A stretch of 32,000 nt of DNA from Haloferax volcanii DS2 (GTDB lineage: Archaea > Halobacteriota > Halobacteria > Halobacteriales > Haloferacaceae): assembly GCF_000025685.1 (NCBI RefSeq), contig NC_013967.1, positions 1,890,001-1,922,000 on the forward strand, in the 5' to 3' direction. Positions 9,299 to 18,128 of the stretch are shown piece after piece (position 1 is the first letter of the stretch; every line of letters starts with the position of its first letter). The position numbers and the translations under genes were made by a program. The notes below the pieces were generated by a model. It saw only the letters and a list, made by a program, of their open reading frames with translations, made no database searches and was not told where the DNA came from.

Positions 9299-11059
9299 AT
9301 GAATCTCACTAACGGCTCCACTCACACCCGTTTGATAAAATCGGTTGACCCTCGACTTCGTCTCTCAATCTCGTTTCTACTATTCTTCTCTCTGGTAGTG
9401 TATTTTCGGTATTTTCCAACAATCATTTCCGACATCGTTTCTGATTCTATTGTACTCTTTTCATTACTCTGTCTGTTTGTAATGATAATTGTTGGCTCAG
9501 TCCTTGATCAGGGGGTTTTCAGATATTTATCCATACTCTTAGCGGTATTACTGGTATTCTTCGCGCGATCAATCCGATACATTCGAACGCCTTTCCCAAT
9601 GCTGTGGGATCCATATACACATATGGCCGCTGCAACCAATATTCTACGTACAAATCAAATTCTCCCGGCAACTCCTGAGTGGACTACTGTCTTGTACAAG
9701 ACATCTTTTTGGCCGATGCTGTACACACTAAGTGCCGAGATAACCCGAATCACCAGTATAGACACACAGATCGTGCATAACTACCTCCTCCCGTTTACGG
9801 GAGTTGTGTTTTTCTTAGTTATTTATATTTTTTCCAGACGGATTGCTGGATTGGGATATTACTCACTTGTTGGTGCACTTGTTTCGTCGTTTGCGTCTAA
9901 CGTCATCTTCTACCAATCAGAATTTCATCCGCAGGGATTTTCATTGTTATTCCTGGCAATGTTCTTATACTTTTACTCACTTAACTCAGATCAGCCGCAG
10001 CCCAGATTAAAACTTCTAGAAGCAGTCACATTAGTTGGGTTTCTGTTCTCCCACTATTTTTCGCCTTTATTTTTGTCAATGGTGGGTGCCGGTGCAGTTT
10101 GTTTGCTGATTCTACGAACCTCTCTCGGTCAATACTTTGGTATGCGCTCAATTAACTCATCAAATTTAGTCCGGTATGAACCACTACTACTACTTGGAGT
10201 GGTAATACTATTCTATCACCTTTGGTCCCCTGCACCTCATTTGGAGTATTACCTGCAGTTAGCACTAACTGCATCGCCGGATAGTACCAGTCTCACGACT
10301 ACGGACAAGTTATTCATTTCAGACATGGTACGGAGAGTTAAGTGGGTCATCTTAGCGATCTCCTTGCCAGGGCTGGCTTATTCAATTTGGAAAGGTGAAA
10401 AGAGCCAGCTAATCGTAGCCGCATTCATCTTCTCTTTACTTGGAATCGGTGTGCTAGGCAGATTTGGTATCTTCTTAGAAGTTGGCAGGACTGTCACATT
10501 TTATTCATCTATTGTGGGAGTGATGTGTGCTCTCAGTCTCAAATACATTCACACGCTTGAAATTGATATTAATCTTCCAGTCTCACTATCGGCCCTGATC
10601 TCTCTTGGTATTTCAATTCTTCTTGTCATCTCCTTTATTGGTGGACACTTTGTTCCGGCATATTACTTCCATTCCGTAGATGAGCATGAAGGATATTACA
10701 ATAACAACCAAGTTGCATCAATGGAACAATACCAACCTGCAGGTTACTGGTTTAAAGAATATTCAACCTCCGAATATCAAGCGATTTCAGATACTAGGAG
10801 CTTTACTGGTACTATTCCATTTTATTGGGGTGAGACACCAGTAAGACCTGGGATCTTCCCATGGTACGATGGTGAACCATCTCGCCAAGTAACTCGGTGG
10901 GGTGGAATAAATTATCATATCGATAGAAGTAGCGCTGAGAATCGCTATTTCTTTGTGAATGTGAACGATCAGACGACAGTCTCAAAGGCGGATCGGAAAA
11001 ATGGGATCTATGCAAATGGGGAAATATCAATTTATTTTGATTTCCCCCGATCTGAGTAA
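9299..11059 (+). CDS. Polytopic (~13-14 TM) membrane protein with ~125-aa C-terminal soluble domain; GT-C/Wzy/ligase-like candidate of unknown function
   Basis: The ORF track starts at TTG 9290; the first ATG is at 9299. Many hydrophobic spans (LSISFLLFFSLVVYF ... VSLSALISLGISILLVISFIGG) are followed by an aromatic-rich tail (YYFHSVDEHEGYY...FPWYDGEPS...). AT-rich codon usage matches the neighbouring GT genes. Confidence 0.75.
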   Translation: MNLTNGSTHTRLIKSVDPRLRLSISFLLFFSLVVYFRYFPTIISDIVSDSIVLFSLLCLFVMIIVGSVLDQGVFRYLSILLAVLLVFFARSIRYIRTPFPMLWDPYTHMAAATNILRTNQILPATPEWTTVLYKTSFWPMLYTLSAEITRITSIDTQIVHNYLLPFTGVVFFLVIYIFSRRIAGLGYYSLVGALVSSFASNVIFYQSEFHPQGFSLLFLAMFLYFYSLNSDQPQPRLKLLEAVTLVGFLFSHYFSPLFLSMVGAGAVCLLILRTSLGQYFGMRSINSSNLVRYEPLLLLGVVILFYHLWSPAPHLEYYLQLALTASPDSTSLTTTDKLFISDMVRRVKWVILAISLPGLAYSIWKGEKSQLIVAAFIFSLLGIGVLGRFGIFLEVGRTVTFYSSIVGVMCALSLKYIHTLEIDINLPVSLSALISLGISILLVISFIGGHFVPAYYFHSVDEHEGYYNNNQVASMEQYQPAGYWFKEYSTSEYQAISDTRSFTGTIPFYWGETPVRPGIFPWYDGEPSRQVTRWGGINYHIDRSSAENRYFFVNVNDQTTVSKADRKNGIYANGEISIYFDFPRSE

Positions 11060-11183
11060 TCTAAATTCGAATTACCTCTCAAATAAAAATAGTAGAAAGC
11101 TATTACTGTGTAGAAAGCCGCATGTTAGGCAGGATTGTGTTTATGTTAGATGGCTCAGTCATGAAACTCAAGGTGATTAGCTA

Positions 11184-12320
11184 ATGCACGTATTGTATAT
11201 CATGGGTCAAGATAGTGGTGGATTACCACACTATACCGCAGAACTTGCGAATTCTATGTCAGAATATGCAAGGGTTACAGTTCTAAAGCCTAATGAGACT
11301 TCTGCTGATGAGGTGCTACGAGACGAAATCACGGTGATAAATGCGTTTAAGCCAACGGACATCTCAATGCAGAATCTCTTCGATTTAAAACTAGATGTAC
11401 TAGATAGTATTCGTGGATTATTTTCTTTTTGGAATATCAAACTGATAAATCAGATTGACCCAGATATAGTTCATGATCCAACCGATGAATTCCCCCAAGT
11501 GAATCTATTTTCATGGGTTCACTCTGTTTATGAGGACCGGCCATACGTCGTTACATCCCATGAAACGAAACATGGTGGCGCAGGTGGGGTCCTGAGAGTC
11601 GTTAACCCACTATTGTCGCTCGTTCCTGACTTTGAGAAATCTGCAGCAATTGTACACTCTGCTGACCAACGGGAATTATTACTCAATAACCACAAAGCTG
11701 TTGACGAAGTTCATGTAATTCCACATGGGGTATATTCATTTTTCAGGGAGCTTGACTATGACGAGCAAAAAGAAGAAGATAAACACGCATTATTTTTTGG
11801 TAGTCTCATCCCCCCCAAAGGCATAGAATATCTAATCGATGCAGTCCCTAAAGTGTCTGAAGAAGTTCCGGGGTTCTCACTCACAATTGCTGGAAGTGGA
11901 TCTATACCAGACGAGTGTGCTGACGTGGTCGAACAATATTCTGATGTAATCAACATCAGAAATGAGTTTATACCGAATGAGGAGGTTGGGACATTATTTT
12001 CTCGAGCACAGGTGGTGGTCCTTCCCTACCGACGTGGTTGGCAGACAGGCCATAGTGGTACTCTCTCAATTGCCTTTGCTTTTGGAAAACCAATTATCAC
12101 CTCAGAGGTCGGTGATTTCCCTGAACTTGTTGGTGAGTCAGGAGCAGGAATCGTAGTAGAGCCTGAATCCCCCGAGGCTATTGCTGACGGACTAATTGAG
12201 GTGTTTTCATCAGATTCTGCTTTAGATCAGATGTCGAACGCGAGTTCAAGGGTGGCAGATCGATTATCTTGGGAGAAAATCGCGGAACAGCATTTCGAAG
12301 TATATCAAAATTTATTATAA
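11184..12320 (+). CDS. Glycosyltransferase family 4
   Basis: 378 aa. N-terminus [18 protein letters not shown] is typical of a GT4 N-domain; the C-domain has [22 protein letters not shown] and [17 protein letters not shown]. Confidence 0.85.
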
Positions 12321-12353
12321 CCCATAAGTGGGATTGGACCATCTAGAGATAGG

Positions 12354-12395
12354 CTCAGTACCTCACAAAGCATCCTCAGTACCTCACAAAGCATC
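12354..12395. repeat. Perfect 21-bp tandem duplication of the IS terminus (2 copies)
   Basis: CTCAGTACCTCACAAAGCATC occurs at 12354-12374 and again at 12375-12395. The truncated copy at 6791 has this end only once. Confidence 0.9.
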
Positions 12396-12560
12396 CTCGC
12401 CTAGCTGTCTCTGAAGCCTGAGTTCTGTGGCGGAGCGGTTGGACTGGCGGTTTCGACGAGAGAATCATGGACGGATCGGCGGAGAGCCGTCGCTGTCGGC
12501 GGCGGCTGCCGCCGACGCGACAGCGTCGCCACTCCCACCGTTGGCTAGCCCGGACGGGAG

Positions 12561-13727
12561 TTACCGGTGGAACCGGTCGTCCGGTGGCCGGTTCGCGGGG
12601 ACGGCCCGACGCGTCGCGAGGGCCGTCCACGCTGCCCGTCGGATCATGTTGATGAACTCCTTGAATGGCCACTGCCAGAGGCGACGCCCGCCTCGGCGGG
12701 GCGTCGCCACGTACTCCCAGTGCAGATACCGCCACACGTTCTGTAACAGCAAGCTCACCACGACGTACAGCAGCCGTACAACCGGATTTTGTGTCGAGGT
12801 CGTCGCAATCGTTTGCTCGGAGAGTCGGTAGCTCGCCTCGATACCGAAGCGTTTCGCGTAGTGGTATCGAGCGTCTCGTGGTGAGTCGATGAAGGGCGCG
12901 TCAGCGGCGTAGCCGTGACGCGCCACGCCATGTTCGTCGTACCGTCCGTTCTGGTAGGTACAGTCGATGTAGACGGGAAACTCGACGGTCCAGCTGTGAC
13001 CGTCGAGTTTCGCTGTCAGACTGTGCTGAATCACGCGACTCCACCCTTCCGAGAGTTCTCGCTTGATCGCCCGTCCCCAGCGGACGATCGGCATGACGTA
13101 GGCGTGGTTGTGCGCCTGAAGCAGCGTCAAACACTTGCTGTCGTAGAATTCGCGGTCAAGATAGACGGCCTTGACACCGAGGTCAAGGCCGTCGAGAATA
13201 CCGAGGAACTCTGCGAGGACACTGCTGGCGGTGTCGCCGTCTTCGAGACGGCGCACCGCCAGCGTGTAGCGTTTGTTCTTCACGCGTGCGTACAGTGTCG
13301 CGTACGCGTGAAACGCGGTGGTTCCACGCTTCGCTTGTGAGTGATACAGGCCGTCTGTATCGTCTTCGTCGCCGTAGTAGGGCCGCAGGTGGAGGTCTGC
13401 GCAGACCTCCACCTGCTGGGGAAGGACGTCGAGAACGTCTTTCTGGAGGAGCGTGTTCCCGATTTGTTCGAGCGTCTCGAGGTCGAACTTGGTGCGGAGA
13501 TGGTAGAGAACCGAGTTTTCGTGAGGTGCATCTTCGCTTCTCTTGCAGAGTGTAGAGACCGAGGTCCCGTCGGCGCAGGCGCCGACGAGGACCTCGTAGA
13601 TGTCTTCAGCATCGAGTTCAGCGTTTTCAGCGAGTGAGAGAGCAACTTCCTCGTCAAGAGAGTTGACGAGGAAGTTAAGGAGCTGGTCCTCGTGGATTTC
13701 ATCGTCTGTTTGCTGGTTGTTGGACAC
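12561..13727 (-). CDS. DDE transposase (ISH3/ISH51-like)
   Basis: 388 aa with a GTG start. Candidate catalytic blocks are VCADLHLRPYYGD, AVYLDREFYD and the Y-x2-R-x3-E motif in HYAKRFGIEASYRL. It has a paralog at 6976..7791. Confidence 0.85.
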   Translation of the reverse strand: MSNNQQTDDEIHEDQLLNFLVNSLDEEVALSLAENAELDAEDIYEVLVGACADGTSVSTLCKRSEDAPHENSVLYHLRTKFDLETLEQIGNTLLQKDVLDVLPQQVEVCADLHLRPYYGDEDDTDGLYHSQAKRGTTAFHAYATLYARVKNKRYTLAVRRLEDGDTASSVLAEFLGILDGLDLGVKAVYLDREFYDSKCLTLLQAHNHAYVMPIVRWGRAIKRELSEGWSRVIQHSLTAKLDGHSWTVEFPVYIDCTYQNGRYDEHGVARHGYAADAPFIDSPRDARYHYAKRFGIEASYRLSEQTIATTSTQNPVVRLLYVVVSLLLQNVWRYLHWEYVATPRRGGRRLWQWPFKEFINMIRRAAWTALATRRAVPANRPPDDRFHR

Positions 13728-13777
13728 ATCTTCAGCAAGCAGACCTTCTAACTAAACGGCTTTGTGAGGTACTGAGA

Positions 13778-15196
13778 CTAAATTGGTACCAAGCGAATGA
13801 GATTTTTGAATGCTGTCTCGCGGATTGGTTGATACAATAGTGTGATTGTGGTATATACTAGCATGCCAAAGAATATTCCAATAAATAATTGAATTAATGA
13901 ATTTACACCAACTAGTGTTTTAAATCCGAATAATACGCCTGCCATGATTAGTGAAGAGACTGTACACCAGCCGATTTGAGAGTATTGGAATTTAATAGAT
14001 ACAAATGATGACAAATAATGTGCATGGAGTACTGTGTTTACTGCAAATGAAAGGGCAGTAGCAACAGCTGCTCCAACAATACCGAATGATAGAATTAGAA
14101 TTACATTTAGAATCAGGTTTAGAACCACAGAGATTACCGTTGCCCTTGCAGCTAATCCAGGTTGGTTAAGTGCTTGAAGTGATCGACCAATAATAACATG
14201 GACCGATTGAAGTATCTTTTCGCCTGCAAGTATAATCAACACATATGAAGCAATAGTGAACTCCGAACCAAATACGATCCCCATAATTTCGTCTGAGAAA
14301 ACTAAAATCCCGAAGAAGGCAGGTATGACAAGAAGCATGGACGGAGTGATTGAGTTGCTAATTACTGACTCAATCTGTTGCTGTTCATTCTTTGAACTCC
14401 ATTGGCTTACCTGTGGGAATATCGTTGATGCAACTGCTTGACTGAATAGCATCGTGATCGCGGTAACCCGCCAGGCAGTCTCATACGCACCAACATGTGA
14501 TTGAGTTAGAAATATCCCAATAATCGCAACATCCATCCAACTATAAAAGTAGCCACCAATTGACGAGACTACGCTATATTTACTGTAGTTGAATAATGAT
14601 CGTGCGTTTTTGAATGATGGTTTCTTCAAAGAGGTTGATATTTTTGATAAGCCCCAAGCTAGAGTCACCACCATGCCTGCTAACAGACTGTAGATTAATG
14701 CTTCAGCATCAAGTCCAGAACTTACTAGCAGGAAGCCACCACCCACCCAAGTAATTCGTCGGATAATATTCAACTCGGCTGTTTCACCTACGCGAAGTTC
14801 CCCTTTCAATACAGAGACAGCTAACTGGGCAGTTTCTTGTAAGATAATTGCAAGGGCCAGATAAACAGCAAAATCACCGCCAAGATAACCATTAATTCGC
14901 TGTTCAAAAACAACAATCGACAATATGATTAAAGAGATTGGAATGAGTTTGAGGATGATTGCACTCGATAAGTACTCACCGGGCTGAATTCCTTCACTAA
15001 TTCGTTTTTCAACAGCACCACGTAATCCGAAATCAGCCGGTATAGCAACTATACCGAGTAAAGCTTGGAACAAAAAGAACACACCCATCTGTGATGCGCC
15101 CAATTCTCGGGCAAAAAAAGTGATTCCCAAGAATTGGAGACCTGCTCCGAAAATATTGGCTATGAATAATTTGATACTTGAACGAGCAAGATCCAT
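13778..15196 (-). CDS. Wzx/RfbX-type MOP-family oligosaccharide flippase
   Basis: 472 aa and ~12-14 TM. The N-terminus MDLARSSIKLFIANIFGAGLQFLGITFFARELG is typical of the polysaccharide biosynthesis protein family. Low GC. The stop codon lies 2 nt from the IS right end. It may correspond to Agl15 of the Hfx. volcanii low-salt pathway (from memory). Confidence 0.85.
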   Translation of the reverse strand: MDLARSSIKLFIANIFGAGLQFLGITFFARELGASQMGVFFLFQALLGIVAIPADFGLRGAVEKRISEGIQPGEYLSSAIILKLIPISLIILSIVVFEQRINGYLGGDFAVYLALAIILQETAQLAVSVLKGELRVGETAELNIIRRITWVGGGFLLVSSGLDAEALIYSLLAGMVVTLAWGLSKISTSLKKPSFKNARSLFNYSKYSVVSSIGGYFYSWMDVAIIGIFLTQSHVGAYETAWRVTAITMLFSQAVASTIFPQVSQWSSKNEQQQIESVISNSITPSMLLVIPAFFGILVFSDEIMGIVFGSEFTIASYVLIILAGEKILQSVHVIIGRSLQALNQPGLAARATVISVVLNLILNVILILSFGIVGAAVATALSFAVNTVLHAHYLSSFVSIKFQYSQIGWCTVSSLIMAGVLFGFKTLVGVNSLIQLFIGIFFGMLVYTTITLLYQPIRETAFKNLIRLVPI

Positions 15197-15449
15197 CGGT
15201 TAGCCTCCATTAGTAATCTTACTGGATTCATGTGGATAAAAATGCATTGGAGATTGACTTTATTATTAATAATTGAATTTATTATTCGTTACAATCCTTA
15301 GGTGCTCCGTGTGATAGTGAACTGGCTCTTGTCTAAGTCTAGTAGCTCTTGACTGACCCCACAACCAAGTCGTTACTCAACCTGATAATGATTAGATAGT
15401 TAACGTTAACCACTACATCTATCACGTGCGAATTGTATCCCTAGGAAAG

Positions 15450-15920
15450 ATGCCAAACATCCACGATGTCGAAGTCCGTGACCTCCAAGTCAACGCCGAC
15501 CAGCGAGGCCACTTGGTCGAAGTGTTCCGTAGCGACTGGGACGAATACGAAATTGACCCGGAGATGTCCTACTACTCGATGACGTATCCCGGAGTCGTGC
15601 GGGCCTGGCATCGCCATCTCGAAGGCCAGATCGACCACTTCGTCTGCCCGAAGGGTCGTATCACGGTGGGCATCTACGACGACCGCGAAGACTCGCCCAC
15701 GCAAGGAGAACTCGACACGTTCGTCATCGGCGAGCACAACCAACAAGTCATCCGCATCCCAGGTGACTGCTGGCACGGATTCAAGGCTATCGGCGACGAG
15801 CCGTCGCTGCTCATCAACTACCCGACGAACCTCTACGACTACGAAGATCCCGACGAAGAGCGCATTCCGTACGATGACGACCGGATTCCGTACGACTGGA
15901 ACGCGGAAATCCACGGCTAA
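15450..15920 (+). CDS. rmlC: dTDP-4-dehydrorhamnose 3,5-epimerase (cupin, RmlC-like)
   Basis: The ORF track starts at GTG 15426; ATG 15450 gives MPNIHDVEVRDLQVNADQRGHLVEVF. Cupin His residues appear in WHRHLEGQIDHF and CWHGF. Adjacent to rmlA/D/B. Possibly Agl13 (from memory). Confidence 0.85.
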   Translation: MPNIHDVEVRDLQVNADQRGHLVEVFRSDWDEYEIDPEMSYYSMTYPGVVRAWHRHLEGQIDHFVCPKGRITVGIYDDREDSPTQGELDTFVIGEHNQQVIRIPGDCWHGFKAIGDEPSLLINYPTNLYDYEDPDEERIPYDDDRIPYDWNAEIHG

Positions 15921-15982
15921 ACAGCAACCTGCCAGCAGGGCACAAACTTATTTAGTACCGTGTCAGGTATCGTCTCATATCG

Positions 15983-17056
15983 ATGAAAGGCGTACTTCTC
16001 TCAGGAGGCACGGGCTCCCGTCTCCGACCCATTACCCACACCGGGCCGAAGCAACTCGTTCCGGTCGCGAATAAACCCGTCCTCGAATACGCGGTCGAGG
16101 ACCTCAAAGAAGCGGGAATCACCGAAATCGGCGTCATTCTCGGCCACAAGGGCCGCGAGGAGATTCAGAACCTCCTCGGCGATGGTTCGGACTACGGCGT
16201 CGAGATTACCTACATCGTCCAAGGGAACCCCCTCGGCCTCGCCCACGCGGCGGGCTGTGCGAAGGACTTCGTCGGCGACGACGACTTCGTGATGTACCTC
16301 GGCGACAACATCCTCAAAGAGGGCGTCGTCGACCTCGTCGAAAGCTTCGAGTCGGGCGACTTCGGTGCGGGCATCGCCCTACAGGAAGTCGAGAACCCAC
16401 AGCAGTTCGGGATTGCGGACGTCGACGACCAGGGTAACGTCACCCAACTCATCGAGAAGCCGGACGAGCCGCCGACGAATCTCGCACTCATCGGGATGTA
16501 CGTCTTCTCGCCCGCGGTCTTCGACGCCATCGAGCAACTCGAACCCTCGTGGCGCGGCGAACTCGAAATCACGGACGCGATTCAGTCACTCCTCGAAGAC
16601 GGCTACGCCATCGACTCGCACGTCGTCGAAGGCTGGTGGAAAGACACCGGCAAGCCCGAAGACATCCTCGAGGCGAACCAACTCGTCCTCGAAGACAAGT
16701 CGCTCAAAAAGCGGGGCACCGTCAGCGACGATGCGACCGTCGATGGACGTATCGAACTCGCGGAGTCAGCGACCATCGAAGACGGCGCAGTCGTCCGTGG
16801 CCCGGTCTCTATCGCGGATGGCGCGGTCATCAAATCGGGCACCTACGTCGGCCCGTACACGTCTGTCGGTCCGAACTCGACACTCGAAGGCGTCCACATC
16901 GAGAACTCGGTCGTCATCGGTGAGTCGAGCATCAACACCTCCGGCCGCATCGTTGACAGCCTCCTCGGGAAGGGCGCGAACATCGGCAGTGCGGACGACT
17001 TCCTCCCGGAGGGTCGTCGCCTCGTCGTTGGCGAGAACTCCCAACTGAAACTCTAA
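15983..17056 (+). CDS. rmlA: Glucose-1-phosphate thymidylyltransferase (long archaeal form with C-terminal left-handed beta-helix)
   Basis: The N-terminus MKGVLLSGGTGSRLRPITHTGPKQLVPVANKPVL carries the sugar nucleotidyltransferase signature. C-terminal hexapeptide-like repeats (IEDGAVVRGPVSIADGAVIKSGTYVG). Possibly Agl11 (from memory). Confidence 0.9.
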   Translation: MKGVLLSGGTGSRLRPITHTGPKQLVPVANKPVLEYAVEDLKEAGITEIGVILGHKGREEIQNLLGDGSDYGVEITYIVQGNPLGLAHAAGCAKDFVGDDDFVMYLGDNILKEGVVDLVESFESGDFGAGIALQEVENPQQFGIADVDDQGNVTQLIEKPDEPPTNLALIGMYVFSPAVFDAIEQLEPSWRGELEITDAIQSLLEDGYAIDSHVVEGWWKDTGKPEDILEANQLVLEDKSLKKRGTVSDDATVDGRIELAESATIEDGAVVRGPVSIADGAVIKSGTYVGPYTSVGPNSTLEGVHIENSVVIGESSINTSGRIVDSLLGKGANIGSADDFLPEGRRLVVGENSQLKL

Positions 17057-17058
17057 CC

Positions 17059-17238
17059 ATGCACATCATCACCCACGCCTGTACGCAGTGCGGAACCGTC
17101 GTCTCCGCGAACGAACTCGAATCGAACCGCGTGATGAAGTGCCCCGGACTGGGCTGTGAGAACGTCCTCCGCTTTACGGACCTCGACCAGGCCGACCAGG
17201 AGCACTTCCTCGACAACAAAGCCAGCTACGAGCTGTAA
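17059..17238 (+). CDS. 59-aa zinc-ribbon micro-protein (C-x2-C ... C-x4-C)
   Basis: My own translation: MHIITHACTQCGTVVSANELESNRVMKCPGLGCENVLRFTDLDQADQEHFLDNKASYEL. The ATG is 2 nt after the rmlA stop, the tail is acidic, and the ORF is below the 60-aa cutoff of the track. Its 3' end overlaps the rmlD 3' end by 13 nt. Confidence 0.5.
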   Translation: MHIITHACTQCGTVVSANELESNRVMKCPGLGCENVLRFTDLDQADQEHFLDNKASYEL

Positions 17239-18128
17239 TCGCTGAACGCTGCCTCAAGCGCTGCAAGGTCGTCTTCCAACGTCGGTTGGGAGCAACCGAG
17301 TTCGCCTTCTACGTTCGACACATCGAGACACGAGCGTCGCGGCCTCGCCGCCGGGCGGTCGAGGTCGGCCATGACCGACGACTCGATGAGTGTCGCATCG
17401 CCACCAATCACCTCGCAAATCTTCTCGCCGAAGTCGGAGGGCGTGACGGCCGACTGACTCGCAACATGAAACGTCCCCGACACGCCGGCATCGAGGAGTT
17501 CCAGCGTCGTCGTGGCGACGTTGCCGGCCCGACTGGGCGTCATCGTCTGGTCGGTGAACAGCGGGACCGTGTCACCGGCGGCGAGCGTCGAGGCGACCCA
17601 CTGAGGAAAGCCGACGAGGTCGCTTGTGTCACCGCGTGCACCGTAGACGAACGACAAGCGGAGAATGAGCGCATCGGGGTTCACGTCACGAACGGCGTGC
17701 TCGCCGGTGAGCTTCGAGCGGCCGTACTCCTGAATCGGTGCTGGCTCGTCACCTTCTTCGTAAAAACCGTCTGTCTCGCCGTCGAAGACGTAGTCAGTCG
17801 AGTAGTGAATGAACGGAATCTCGCGGTCGTCACACACCGCCGCGAGATCGCCTGGCGCGGTTCCGTTTACTGCAGTCGCCACCTCGGGATTTGATTCACA
17901 GCCGTCCACGTCAGTATAGGCGGCGCAGTTAATCACCAGATCAACGTCGTACTCATCAAGCAACTCTACAACCCGCTCAGTATCTGTGATATCGACTTGG
18001 TGGAGCGGACAGTCGAAGGTGGGCTCCTCGGAGTGATAGCTGCCGACAACCGCGTGACCCTGCTCGCGGAGCGTTCGGACGACGACACTCCCGAGCAAGC
18101 CGTTAGCGCCGGTGACGAATGCGTACAT
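17226..18128 (-). CDS. rmlD: dTDP-4-dehydrorhamnose reductase
   Basis: 300 aa with MYAFVTGANGLLGS (NAD(P)-binding), INCAAYTDVDGCE, STDYVFDG and YGRSKLTGE (YxxxK). Possibly Agl14 (from memory). Confidence 0.9.
   Translation of the reverse strand: MYAFVTGANGLLGSVVVRTLREQGHAVVGSYHSEEPTFDCPLHQVDITDTERVVELLDEYDVDLVINCAAYTDVDGCESNPEVATAVNGTAPGDLAAVCDDREIPFIHYSTDYVFDGETDGFYEEGDEPAPIQEYGRSKLTGEHAVRDVNPDALILRLSFVYGARGDTSDLVGFPQWVASTLAAGDTVPLFTDQTMTPSRAGNVATTTLELLDAGVSGTFHVASQSAVTPSDFGEKICEVIGGDATLIESSVMADLDRPAARPRRSCLDVSNVEGELGCSQPTLEDDLAALEAAFSDYSS

Larger units (their letters stand above)
12354..13776 (-). mobile_element. Full-length ISH3/ISH51-like insertion sequence
   Basis: Terminal inverted repeats are CTCAGTACCTCACAAAGC (12354-12371, repeated again at 12375-12392) and its reverse complement at 13759-13776. 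It holds a single 388-aa transposase ORF. The flanks AGGCT (12351-12355) and AGACT (13775-13779) may be an imperfect 5-bp target duplication if the IR core starts at CAG. Confidence 0.85.
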
